Source: Chiloscyllium plagiosum (taxonomy: Eukaryota). Taken from it: a stretch of DNA of 53,994 nucleotides. The notes beneath the pieces were generated by a model. That model had not been told where the DNA came from, searched no databases, and saw nothing but the letters and a program-made list of their open reading frames with translations. Shown in pieces: positions 12,723 to 24,345 of this stretch; position 1 is the stretch's first letter; the number at the start of each line of letters is the position of its first letter. The stretch is taken from assembly GCF_004010195.1 (NCBI RefSeq), contig NC_057718.1:73144713-73198706 (forward strand), in the 5' to 3' direction. The translations under genes were made by a program, and so were the position numbers.

Positions 12723-13451
12723 ATCAGTTCTTGGATCCCAGCTATTCACCAATATATAGGATTTTGTTTGTCTTGTGAAGTTTCTGTTGTGACATTAATG
12801 GATCTAAAGGATTATTAATAATCAACAATATTCATTACACTTCTGGAATCATGTCTGTAGCTCGTCACCTTATCCAGAGTAACTTCTTTGTTTCTTGTGC
12901 AGACAACCTTAATTGCCCACATGTCACAAGGTAACAAGTTATCAAACAATTGTTCCGTCCTCTCTCCCAGAAAACAAGTTATATTTCTTCAATTCCTTTT
13001 TCCCTCGGAATGGTAATTGGCACGTTGCTTTTAATTCTTTATAACAGTTTCTCCTTGTCCCTTTCATCTTGGGAAACAGTTTATTCCAGGAAGAGTTATT
13101 GGTAATTCTTTCACTCCCTGAAATGATTAAAGTTCTGAAATTTACAATATCACAGTTCCTCCTCTTTGTTCATTATTTTTAATATGATGAACAAACACCA
13201 GTATAATTAAGCACTTTCCATCACACTGGTTCATATTCAAGTTGTGTTGCTATATAGTGTACAATTTAAACAAAATACCCTATTTCATTATGTAGTACAG
13301 ATATATACAAACCAATAATCAATAAATGAATTACAAAATAATGATCAGTAAATAAATCATGAAACATAGTAGGCTATTAATCATGTCATTAAAGACAATA
13401 AGTTATTACTGTGAAATAACACTGCTACCAGTTGCAATATTGATTATCATG

Positions 13452-14115
13452 TCATAACTGAGCTAATTCCATTTTCAGCAGCTGCATTTGTTGGTGACAC
13501 CAATGGCAAAAAATTATAGTAGAAAAAGTAAAATATACGGAAAATAATAACAAGATATGAAATAGAACAAACCCTGACTGCCATGAGTATATCAATACCC
13601 CAATTCCAGATATTGCCCACAGCTATGTTCCTTAATGTTTTTAATATCTGTCTCTATTTTCTGACTCTTCTGCTGTACCTTAACATGTTACATGTGTGCC
13701 TTTTTCAAAGTTCCTTCTATTTCTTCCAGATGTTCCCTTTGTAGGGCACTATGGACCTCATATATTTGTCAATATAACGCCATAATTGAAACAGAATATC
13801 TGAGAAATTCAGAATTATTGGTCCCAATTCATGATGGACATTTTCATCTAACACTACACCTGTGCTTCACATAACTATCCCTCCCGAGTCCTTCTTTTCC
13901 TACAGGACATTCTACAGGGTTTTCAGTCACTTCCATTGAAAATACAAGCACGGTCTGTCGGAGCAATGTAATGGAAGTTCTGCGCAAATTATGAGCACAA
14001 AGTGGACTTGTCTTCTGTGTTACCACTGCACCAAAAACATAATGTATGAGGTTGTAGGTGGAGGTGGCTCCGAACAGTTAGTCCACATATACTACAATAC
14101 TACAAATGATTGTTT
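13452..14115 (-). pseudogene. Candidate decayed retroviral envelope (TM subunit C-terminus)
   Basis: Frameshifted reading: Cys-containing ectodomain, then heptad-like EHLEEIEGTLKKAHM*HVKVQQKSQKIETDIKNIKEHS, Trp-rich GNIWNWGIDI, hydrophobic FVLFHILLLFSVYFTFSTIIFC and a short tail. Confidence 0.45.
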
Positions 14116-14622
14116 GTAGAATAACACAGTCATATATAGAACAATACAGCACACTACAGGCCCTTCGGCCTTTGATCTTGTGCCGACCTTTTTTTTCCTA
14201 CTCTAAGATCAAACTAACTTACATACCATTCATTGCATTTTCCATGTGCCTATCCAAGAGTCGTGTAAATGTCCCTAATTTATCTGACTCTACAGCCACT
14301 GCTGGAAATGCATTCCACGCACCCACCGCTCTGTGTAAAGAACCTACCTCTGACATCTCCCCTGAACCTTCCTCCAATCACCTTAAAATTATGCCCACTC
14401 GTGATAGCCATTTCTGCCCTGGGGAAAAGTACCTGGCTACCCACTCTATCTATGCCTGTCATCATCCTATACACCTCTATCAAGTCACCTCTCACCCTTC
14501 TTTGCTCCAGTGAGAAAATCCTAGCTCACTCAACTTTTCTTCATAAAACATGCCCTCCAGTCCAGGCAGCAACCTGGTAAATCTCCTCTGCACCCTCTCT
14601 AAAGCTTTAACATCCTTCCAAT

Positions 14623-14779
14623 GTTGGATAGAGCTCTCAAAGATAGTGGAATCAAGGGTTATGGAGATAAGGCAGGAAGAGGATACTGATTAGGAATGAT
14701 CAGCCATGATCATATTGAATGGCGGTGCAGGCTCGAAGGGCTGAATGGCTTACTCCTGCACCTATTGTCTATTGTCTAA
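14623..14779 (+). mobile_element. Short CR1 3' end of another family nested antisense
   Basis: gatcagccatgatcatattgaatggcggtgcaggctcgaagggctgaatgg and the tail ctattgtctattgtcta; the host CR1 resumes at ataatgaggcgacc. Confidence 0.8.
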
Positions 14780-14921
14780 TAATGAGGCGACCAGAGCTGA
14801 ATGTAATATTCCAAGTGTTGTCTAACCAGGGCTTTATAGAGCTGCAGCACAATCTCTCAGCTCTTAAATTCAATTCCCCCTGCTAATGAAAGCCAACACA
14901 CCATGTGTCTTCTTAATAAGC

Positions 14922-15134
14922 TGGAAATGTGTTGCTGGAAAAGCGCAGCAGGTCAGGCAGCATCCAGGGAACAGGAGAATCGACGTTTCGGGCATAAGCC
15001 CTTCCAACTTGGATGGCGACTTGAAAAATATATCGATATGGACCCCAAGAACCCTCTGCCTGACCTGCTGCGCTTTTCCAGCAACGCATTTCCAGCTCTG
15101 ATCTCCAGCATCTGCAGACCTCACTTTCTCCTTC
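14922..15134. mobile_element. 213-bp Penelope terminal mini-insertion with a captured 55-bp copy of the flank
   Basis: 15-bp direct repeat gtcttcttaataagc (14907-14921, 15135-15149); 15004-15058 is identical to 15153-15207. Confidence 0.92.
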
Positions 15135-16564
15135 GTCTTCTTAATAAGCCTACCAACTTGGATGGCGACTTGAAAAATATATCGATATGGACCCCAAGAA
15201 CCCTCTGTTCTTCCACACTGCCAAGAATCTTGCCTTTAACCCTGTATTCTGAATTCAAATTCCACCATCCAAAGTGAATCACTTCACACACTTCCAGGTT
15301 GAACTCCATCTGCAGTTCTCAGTCCAGTTCTGCACTCTGTCAATGTCCCGTTGCATCCTACAACAGCCCTCCACACTATCTACCACTTCACCAATTTTTG
15401 TGTCATCGGCAAGCTTATGAACTAACCCTTTCACTTTGTCATCCAAGTCATTTATAAAAATCACAAAGAGCAGAGGTCCCAGAACTGATCCCTGCAGAAC
15501 ACCATTGGTCAGCAAGCTCCAGACTGAATACTTTCCATCTACTATCACCCTCTGTCTTCTATGGGCCAGACAATTCAGTATCCAGACAGCCAGGATTCCT
15601 AGTTTCGGATACCTCCTTACTTTCTGATTGAGCCTACCATAGGGAACCTTCTCAAATGCCTTGCTAAAATCCATGTACAGTACATCTACTGCTTTACCTT
15701 CATCAATGCATTTTGTCATATCCTCAAATAATTCATTTAGGTTAATGAAGGAATGCCTTGCTCCTCACAAAGCCATGCTATCTCTAATCAAACTATGGTA
15801 TTCCAAGTAATCATAAACCCTGTCTGTCAGAATCCTCTCCCAATACTTTACCTACCACAGAGGTGAGACTGACTGATCTGTAATTCTCAGGATTATTCCT
15901 AATCCCTTTCTTGAATTTGCTACCCTCCAACATCTAGCACACTGCAGTCGACAGTGAGAACACAAAGATCATCAGAAAAGACGCAGCAGTTCTTCCCTTG
16001 CTTCCTGTAATAATCTAGGGTATGTCCCGTCTGGCCCATATTTTTCCTTATGATTTTCAAAATTTTCAGCATATCCTCCTCCTTAACATTAACGTGTTCA
16101 AGCATATCAGTTGGTTTCACACTGTCCTCAGGAACATCAAGGTCCCTCTCAGTAGTGAGCACTGAAGCAATGTATTCATTAAGAACCTCCCCTACCTCCT
16201 CCAACACCCCGCGGAAGTTCCCTCCACTATCCCTGATTGGCCCTATTCTCTTTCTAGCTATTCTCTTGTTACTCACAAGTGTAGAATGCCTTAGCGTTTT
16301 CCTTAATCCTACCTGCTAAAGCTTCGTCATGCCCCCCTTCTAGCTCTCTGAAGTCAATTCTTCAGTTCCTTCCTGGCTGCCTTATAACCCTCTAGAACCC
16401 TGTCTGATTCTTGCCTCCTGAACCTTAAGTAAGCTTCCTCTTGGCTAGATGTTCCACATCCCTTGTCACCCAAGGTTCCTTCACCCTACCATCCCTTCTT
16501 TGCCTCAGTGGGACAAACCTGTCCAATGCTATCAGCAAGTGATTCCTAAACAACCTCCACATTT

Positions 16565-16852
16565 AGATTAGATTAGATTACTTACAGTGTAGGAACAGGC
16601 CCTTCGGCCCAACAAGCCCACACTGATCCTCCAAAGAGCAACCCACCCAGACCCATTCCCCTACATTTACCCCTTCACCTAACACTATGGGAAATTTAGC
16701 ATGGCATCTAACCTGCACATTTTTGGACTGTGGGAGGAAACCGGAGCATCTGGAGGAAACCCACGCAGACGCAGGGAGAATGTGCAAACTCCACACAGAC
16801 AGTTGCCTGAGGTGAGAATTGAACCCAGGTTTCTGGTGCTGTGAGGCAGCAG
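16565..16852 (-). mobile_element. HE1-type SINE, slightly 5'-truncated, (TAATC)n tail
   Basis: Reverse complement of 18799-19113. Confidence 0.92.
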
Positions 16853-18798
16853 TGTTGTGCATTTCCCTGAGACCATCTGTTCCCAATTTAGGTGCCCCAG
16901 TTCCTGCTGAATAGCATTGCAATTCCCCTCCCCCTATTAAATACTTTCCGATACTGTCTGATCCTATCCCTCTCTGAGTGTAGGTCAAGGTGTTGTGATC
17001 ACTATTACCAATATGCTCTCCCACTGAGAGATCTGACACCTGGTCTAGTTCATTGCCAAGTACCAAATCCAATATGGCCTCCCCTCTCGTCAGAAGTGGG
17101 TACTGCAGATGCTGGAGATTAGAGTCTGACTCAGCCTCTGATATCGGCACCATGTACCTGACCGTAACTCACCTGTATGGCCTAGAGCATCTTGAAAGAA
17201 ATTCATCCTTTTCAGGTGTAAAAGGTATCATGGCTGCAAAATCTGCCATGTCCATCGCAGACCCCAAGGTTTCTTTGTTAGACAAAGGGGGAGAACCCAT
17301 GGGGGCTTATGTCTTGCTTCCGCCCTGTTTGCGAACTTGCAGCTTTTGTGGTCCACATGCTTGTTCAGGATCACCTAACATACCCAAAGTTTATACATCA
17401 CAGGGCCTTGCCCCACGTCGACTGTGCCTGTTACCCATGCAGGGCCATTTCCAGGGTTTTGGCACCAAACTTTGTCCCCTGAAGTAAACTCTCTTGCATA
17501 GCAGAGTCTTGAATCCAGCTTTGGAGTTTTTGATGCTGTTTCACACTCCTCCCCGCCCACCCCAGATCCCCGCCCCTCCCCCCCACACCCAGGTCTGGGA
17601 AGATCAGGTTTAGCGTGGGATGGAGCTGTCCATCTAGTTGATTGAGGGGTGATCCTATAATCACATAGGAACCAGATAGTTTGCTATCAAATAAAGCTAT
17701 AGGCTGTTGCTTTAAGCCTGCCAAAGTTTGGATTGTTCTTTCCACCAGACTGTTAGATGGTGTGGAATTGTGTTTATATGCCGAATAGCATTCAACATTG
17801 GGAAATACTCAAATTCCCTGCTGACAAATGAAGGCCCATTATCTATGACCAACACTTGGAGCTCATGTATTGCAAAAGATGCTTGCAGTTTTTGTATCAC
17901 GATCCCTATGTTTGACAAATGAACTCCCTGCACATCCAACCACTTGGTCATTCACAATGGAAGAGCCAGCATATCTGACATATAACCGAATCCAGGGTCT
18001 ACCCGACCATTCTCATGAGGGAGGGGGAGCTGCTGATGATAATTTTTGTCCTTGTTGGCATTGTGGGCACTGCCTCACCAATGCAGCTATGTCTGCATCC
18101 AATCCTGTCCACCAGATGTCTTGCCAGAATCTTCATTTTGGAAACCCCGAATGATGCTGGTGGAGTTCAACCAGTATCTGGCAGTGACTCCTTTTCAGGA
18201 CAATAACTTTTGCTGCCCATAATAAAGTACTATCTTCTACGGTGATCTGGTCTTGCCAGGCCCAGAAAGGTGTCAATTCATGTATGATGGCCCTTTTGTT
18301 GTTCCCCCATCACCACCAGCTGTTTTAGTTTTGCCAGGACAAGATCTTTTTGTATCTACAAATGTTTAGCAGAAGAGTGTCTAGAATATGTAAAATCAGT
18401 GCCAGTGATGGCACCACTGGCAGTGTGTCTGCCAGCAGGAAGCAGCTAGTGTCATCCGCATCTGCTATTTAGTCTCCAGAATGGCTTTCAAAGTTATAAT
18501 TGTAAGCACTTAGAATGAGAGCCCACCACTGAATTCGACCTGAAGATATGGGTGGCGTAGCCTTGTCCTCTTTGAGTAACCCGAGCAGGGGTTTGTGGAT
18601 AGTGACTTTTCTAAATTGATGTCTTTAAAGGTATTAGTGGAATTTTCTCAAATCAAAGATAACCTTGAAAACTTCCTTCCCTGTCTTGGCATATTTGCAC
18701 TCTGCATTAGACAAAGTCTGGGAAGCATAGTCTATTGGGCATTCCTCTCCATTGGGCCATCTGTGAGCCAACACTACACCAATATTGTGTAGTGTTGG

Positions 18799-19113
18799 GT
18801 GGCACAGTGGCACAGTGGTTAGCACTGCTGCCTCACAGCGCCAGAAACCCGGTTTCAATTCCCGCCTCAGGCGACTGACTGTGTGGAGTTTGCATGTTCT
18901 CCCCGTGTCTGCGTGGGTTTCCTCCGGGTGCTTCGGTTTCCTCCCACAGTCCAAAGATGTGCAGGTCAGGTAAATTGGCCATGCTAAATTGCCCGTAGTG
19001 TTAGGTAAGGGGTAAATGCAGGGGTATGGGTGGGTTGCGCTTCGGCGGGTCGGTGTGTACTTGTTGGGCCGAAGGGCCTGTTTCCACACTGTAAGTAATC
19101 TAATCTAATCTAA
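18799..19113 (+). mobile_element. Full-length HE1-type V-SINE
   Basis: ggcacagtggttagcactgctgcctcacagcgccag, B box ggtttcaattcc, V-domain tgtgtggagtttgcatgttctccccgtgtctgcgtgggtttcctcc, tail gtaagtaatctaatctaatc. Confidence 0.95.
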
Positions 19114-21207
19114 TTGTATGTGGAGGGATTGCATTTCAGCACCAGATCTCGCTTAGGATCATAGTGTGCCAACACCTTAGACAATCACCGCTGCTTCTTC
19201 ACTTCCTTAAAGGCTACATTTTAGCTACGTGACCATTTCCTAGGCTGGCCCTTTTTCAATAGCAGATGTAAGGGTGCCATGATGGAGGCCAGATTATGTA
19301 TGAACTTTCAATAATGACTCACTAATCCAAGGAAAGAGAAAAGCTCCGGTACAGAAGTGGGAGCCAGAGCATCTTTGATCACCCTCCCTTTATCTTGCAA
19401 CAGGTGTAACCCATTCTTGTCAACTCTGTAGCCCAAGTAGGAACACATGGGGTTTGTGGAGCATACATTTTTTTTCCTTCTAAGGCATACACCCACCTTG
19501 GCAAAATGTCTAAAGACTATGTTTACATAGAACATAGTACAGCACAGTACAGGCCCTTTGGCCCTTGATCTTGTGCCAACCTTTTATTCCTACAATAAAA
19601 TCAAACTAATCTACCTACCCCTCTTTTTAGTATCATCTATATGCCTATCCAAGAGTCGTTTAAATGTCCCTAATGTACCTGACTCTACTAGCACTACTGG
19701 CAGTGCATTTCACGCACCCACCACTCTCCCTGTAAAGAACAACCTCTAACATCTACCTGACCCTTCCTCCAATCGTCCAATTGCCTTAAAATTATGCCCC
19801 ATTGTGATAGCCATTTCTGTCCTAGAAAAAGTGTCAGACTATTCACTCTTTTTCTCTCATCTTGTACACTTCTATCAAGTCACCTCTCACCCTTCTTCAC
19901 TCCGATGAGGGGTGACATGCCCTCCAGTCCAGGAGCATCCTGGTAAATCTGTTCTGTATGCTCTCTAACACTTTCACATTCTTTCTATATTGAGGCGACT
20001 AGAGTTGAACACAACATTCCAAGTGTGGTCTAACCAGGGCTTGATAGAGCTGCAGAATAATTTCACAGCTCAATCCCCCTGCTAATGAAAACCAACACAC
20101 CACACACCTTCCTAAGAACCCTCTCAACTTGAATGGCAACTTTGAGGGATCTATAGAAATGGAATCCAAGATCCCTCTATTCCTCCACACTGCCAAGAAT
20201 CCTGCCTTTAACCATGTATTCTGCATTCAAATTCGATCTTCCAAAATGAATCACTTCACACTTTTTCCAAGTTGAACTCCATCTGCCAGTTCTTTAGTCC
20301 AGTTCTGCATCCTGTCAATATCCCATGGCAACCTACGACAGCCCCCATACTATCCACCACTCCACCAACCTTCATGTCATCGGCAAACTTACCAACCCAC
20401 CATTCCACTTCCTCATCCAAGTCACTTATAAAAATCACTAAGAGCAGAGGATCCAGAACAGATCCCTCAGAACACCACTGGTCAGCAATACTACCACCCT
20501 CTGTCTTCTAGGCCAGCCAATTTTGCATCCAGACAGCCAAATTTCCCTGTATCCCATGCCATCTTAGTCTCTGGATGAGCCTACCATGGGAATCTTAGCA
20601 AACACCTTGTTAAAATCCATGTACATCATATTCACTGCCCTACCTTCATTAAGGTGTTTTGTCACATCGTCAAAGAATTCAATAAGATTTGTGAGGCATG
20701 ACCTGCCCCTGACAAAGCCATGCTGACTGTCTCTAATCAAACTATGATTTCCAAGTAATCATAAATCCTGTCTCTCAGAATCCTCTCTAATTGTCCACCA
20801 CAGAGTTAAGACTGATTGGTCTGTAATTCCGAGGATTATCCCTGTTCCCTTTCTTGAACAAGGGAATAACACTTGCCACCTTCCAATCATCTGGCACTAC
20901 TCCAGTAGACAGTGAGAACGCAAAGATCATTGCCAAAGGCGCAGCAATCCCTTCCTGTAGGAACCTTGGATATATCTATCTGGCCCAGGGAACTTATCTA
21001 TCCTTATGTTTTTCAAACTTTTCAGCACACCTTCACCCTTAACATCAACTCATTCGAACATATCAGCCTATTTCATGTTGCCCTCACAAATGACAAGGTC
21101 CTCGCAATAGTGAATACTGAAGCAAAGTATTCATTAAGGATCTCCTCCAAGTTCCTTGCGCTATCCCTGATCAGACCTACCTGGCCACCCTCTTGCTCCT
21201 CACATAA

Positions 21208-21243
21208 GATTAGATTAGATTAGATTACTTACAGTGTGGAAAC
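21208..21243 (-). mobile_element. Tail-only HE1/CR1 stub
   Basis: gattagattagattagattacttacagtgtggaaaca equals the last ~35 nt of the HE1 copies. Confidence 0.8.
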
Positions 21244-21422
21244 ACTGTAGTGTAGAATGCCTTAGGGTTTTCCTTAATCATACACGCCAAAGCTTTCTCA
21301 TGCTCTCTTCTAGCTCTCCTAAGTCCATTCTTCAGTTCTTTCCTAGCCACCTTGTAACCCTCTAGAGCCCTGTCTGATCCTTGCCTCTCAGTCTTAAGTA
21401 AGCTTTCTTCTTCCTCTTGACT

Positions 21423-21529
21423 TGAAATGTCAATTCTCCTGCTCCTCAGATGTAGCCTGACCTGCTGTGCTTTTCTAGCAACACACTCTTGACTCTGATC
21501 TCCAGCATCTGCAGTCCTCATTTTCTCCT
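21423..21529 (+). mobile_element. Penelope terminal mini-insertion without a clear target duplication
   Basis: tgaaatgtcaattctcctgctcc...cagtcctcattttctcct interrupts CR1 cttgact|agaag. Confidence 0.85.
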
Positions 21530-23886
21530 AGAAGTTCTACATGCCTTGTCACCCAAGGTTCCTTCACCATCCCACCCCTTCGTTGCCTCAGTGGGACAAA
21601 CCTGTCCAGCACTATCAGCAAGTGCTCCCTAAACAACCTTCACATTTCTGTTGTGCATTTTCCTTAGAATATTTGTTCCCATTTTAGGCAGCCCAGTTCC
21701 TGTCTAATTGTATTTTAATTCCCCCACCCCCAATTAAGTACTTTCCCACACCGTTTACTCCTATCCCTTTCCATGAGTATTGTAAAGGTCAAGGAGTAAT
21801 GATCAGTGTCACCAAAATTCTCTCCCACCAAGAGATCTGACACTCGGCCTGGTTTGTTGCCAAGCACCAAATCCAGTATGGCCTCCCCTCTAGTTGGTCT
21901 ATCTACATATTGAGTCAAGAATCCTTGACAAAAGCTGCTCCATCCAAACTATTTGAACTAGGAGGCTCCAATCAATATTAGGGAAGTTAAAATCACCCAT
22001 GACAACAACCCTGTAACTTCTGCAATTTTCCAAAATCTGCCTCCCAATCTGCTCCTCCGTGTCTATGTCACTACTAGGGGTTTTGTAGAAAACACCCAAT
22101 AAAGTGTCTGCTCCTTTCCTGTTTCTGATTTTCACCTATAGACTGTAGCCAAACTGTCCTCGATGACCTCCCTTTCTGCAACCTATCCCTTTCTATCCCT
22201 GATTAGCAATGCCACTCCCCCACCTCTTTTACCTCCCTCCCCTCCATTTCTTTTGAACCATCTAAACCCTGGAATATTCAACAATTGTTCCTGCTCCTGT
22301 GATATTCAAGTTTCCTTAATGGCCATAACTTTATAATTCCAAAGACTGATCCATGCTATAAATTCATCACCCTTATTCCTGATGCTTCTATCCAGATAAA
22401 TGATGACTTGGTTTAGATCTTGTAAAATGTTCTCCACCGTCTGCTGAAAAATGACACAGGCTGATGAAATCCCAAATGGCAATCTTGTATCTTGGTGAAA
22501 ACCCTTATGAGTGCTAATTACAACATACTTCTGGGAATCCTCATCTAACTGCAATTGTACATATGCATGGCTAATGCTCATGAAAGACTGCACCCTACCC
22601 TGCCAGCAAAGGCCCTATGCAAGGGATTGGGTATTTACCCAGCTGTGAAAAGCGATTGATTTTTGTTTAAAATCCCTACAAAAGCAAACCAACTGGTCGG
22701 GCTTCACAATTGGTGCCGCTCAATTTGCAAATGGTACAGATTTGATCATTTCTTTGTTTTCCAGGCTCCTGATTTCTGCCTCGACTTTGCACATAAGGCA
22801 AATGGTACTGCACAGACCTTGCAGAATCATTGAATTGTTTCCTGGTGAACACAAGGCCTTAACTCTTTTTAATTATCTTTAGATCTTCCTGAAACACATA
22901 CAGGTATTTAATTAGGAAGTCACTCAGACAGCCATTTTTAAATTGAAGGATGTTGAGCCAATCAAGGTGACACTTTCTCAACCAATTTTGCCCCATCTGC
23001 CTTTTACTACAATCAGTGGTAACAGCTGCTTCTCATACGTGACCAGAACCAAAGTTGTACCCTTAATTTGTAAATGTCTCCCAGTTTTGATGTTCAGTGC
23101 CAACATAAGGGTTGGAATCCACAGTGAATTTTCATAAAGACTGGTTCTGCAATCACTGATGCAGACACACAGTACTGACCTCCATTAGAACCAGGTGACG
23201 TTTTAACCAGATGTTTATATTGGTTCTAATTTAGATGTTGAGCAATTCATCTATTCCAAGCCAAATGTAGGTGGACCTTCTGGGGCGTGCTCACTCCTGG
23301 ATACCAGCTTAAGTGTTCTCTTACTCAATTCAGGCCTAGTGAGACTCTTGCTGTCTGAAGTCTACATACTAGCATCAACTACAATGGCCTGCCGGCCCAG
23401 ATCCTGAAGAAAATGTTAACAATTTGGCTGAGACTTGGCTTTCTTTTGGGGTTTTGCAGTGGGTTGACCTAGAGTCCCTCTGTTTAGCTTATGTCCTGAG
23501 TGAGGCTACACAATTGCTATACAAATGCCGCATTTTCCACTGATAAAACCAGTTGTATGTCTGTTTGAAGTCCAGTGGGCTTCAGCTACTCAGCACTTTT
23601 GCATGGTTACATAATTAGTCCCACATACCAAATAGTGACTCAGCATCTCATTAAGGGTTAAACATTGTCACATGCCTCTGTCAGTCAACTTAACCTTGTC
23701 AATAATCCCCTGGACATGATCCATCTCTGCTGAGCTAAACTGTATCTCAGAATTAGAGGAGGTTTGAGGTCATGATATTCCTTACCAAAATCAGTCAACT
23801 CTTGAAAGGTTTTAATACCTTACGCCTCAGGAAATGTTAGGCTCCTAAAAACTAAAAAAGCTGTGGTCAGGGGAATTACTTGTGCT

Positions 23887-23988
23887 GGATATACGTTTGC
23901 TCGCAGAGCTGGAAGGTTCATTTGTCAGACGTTGCGTCACCATACTAGTAACATCATCAATGAGCTACAAATCTCAAAACTCGCTAAA
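23887..23988 (-). mobile_element. Mini-insertion of a third Penelope-like family with a degenerate hammerhead (23926-23962)
   Basis: Minus strand ca tTGATGA tgttac tagtatg gtgac GcAA cgtc tg; flanked by tacttgtgct / tacttgtact (23877-23886, 23989-23998). Confidence 0.7.
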
Positions 23989-24007
23989 TACTTGTACTTT
24001 TCATCTG

Positions 24008-24100
24008 ATTCCTGAAGAAGGGCTTATGCCTGAAACATCGATTCTCCTGTTCCTTGGATGCTGCCTGACCTGCTGCGCTTTTCCAGCAACACATTTTCAG
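24008..24100 (+). mobile_element. 93-bp family A mini-insertion starting with a hammerhead motif
   Basis: attc CTGAAGA a GGGC ttat GCCT GAAA catc gatt; exact 11-bp repeat cttttcatctg (23997-24007, 24101-24111). Confidence 0.9.
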
Positions 24101-24135
24101 CTTTTCATCTGCCCCAATGTCATTTGCCTGGAAGA

Positions 24136-24345
24136 CCCTCTCGCCTTAAGTGCGTGCTCCTTAGTTTTAGACATTTCTGGGAAAAAAGATTCTGACCGTC
24201 AATCCTCTCTATGCATCACATAACCTTAGAGACTTCTATCAAGTCTCCCCTCAGCCTCCGGCATTCCAGAGAAAACAACATTTTTTTCTAGCCTCTCCTC
24301 ATAGTTAATACCCTCTAATTCAGGCAGCATCCTTGGAAACCTGTT
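24136..24345 (-). mobile_element. CR1 3' fragment
   Basis: acttctatcaagtctcccctcagcctccgg is the antisense of RLRGDLIEV. Confidence 0.75.

Larger units (their letters stand above)
10998..12752 (+). mobile_element. Decayed CR1 ORF2 mid-region with three nested Penelope-derived inserts
   Basis: PWLTREI, CPGPNRL.PRVLKEVA, DWRVANVTPLFK and ISQGSVLGSQLF-type motifs in broken frames. Confidence 0.85.
14119..17091 (-). mobile_element. CR1 LINE (EN end to 3' UTR) with nested inserts
   Basis: ORF 15279-15719 has [25 protein letters not shown] and KLADDTK; 16578-17153 begins with TRGEAILDLVL. Confidence 0.93.
19525..22389 (-). mobile_element. CR1 LINE, nearly all of ORF2, inserted at the Gypsy RT YLDD motif
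   Basis: EN motifs VVMGDFNFPNIDW and PTRGEAILDLVL; RT KFADD and LYQALVRPHLE; tail acatagaacatag. Confidence 0.93.
17127..24135 (-). mobile_element. Decayed Ty3/Gypsy (K02A2.6-like) gag-PR-RT-RH-IN internal region, no LTRs seen, split by SINE, CR1 and Penelope inserts
   Basis: gag ANDIGADEK (~24100-24130); RT RLPFGISSACVIFQ...IYLD (22390-22590) and YLGYRVD, FLGLVSHY (19308-19520); RNase H PIDYASQTLSNAECKYA (~18700-18760); IN VIDNGPSFVSREF (17712-17951). Confidence 0.9.

Noticed and set aside
14870..15277. Recurrent peptide EEGLMPETSILL...CCLTCCAFPATHF as a protein domain
   Set aside because: Incidental translation of the non-coding hammerhead module.
18799..18870. tRNA gene
   Set aside because: The A/B boxes are the head of an HE1 SINE and continue into V-domain and tail; the same holds for the other copies.
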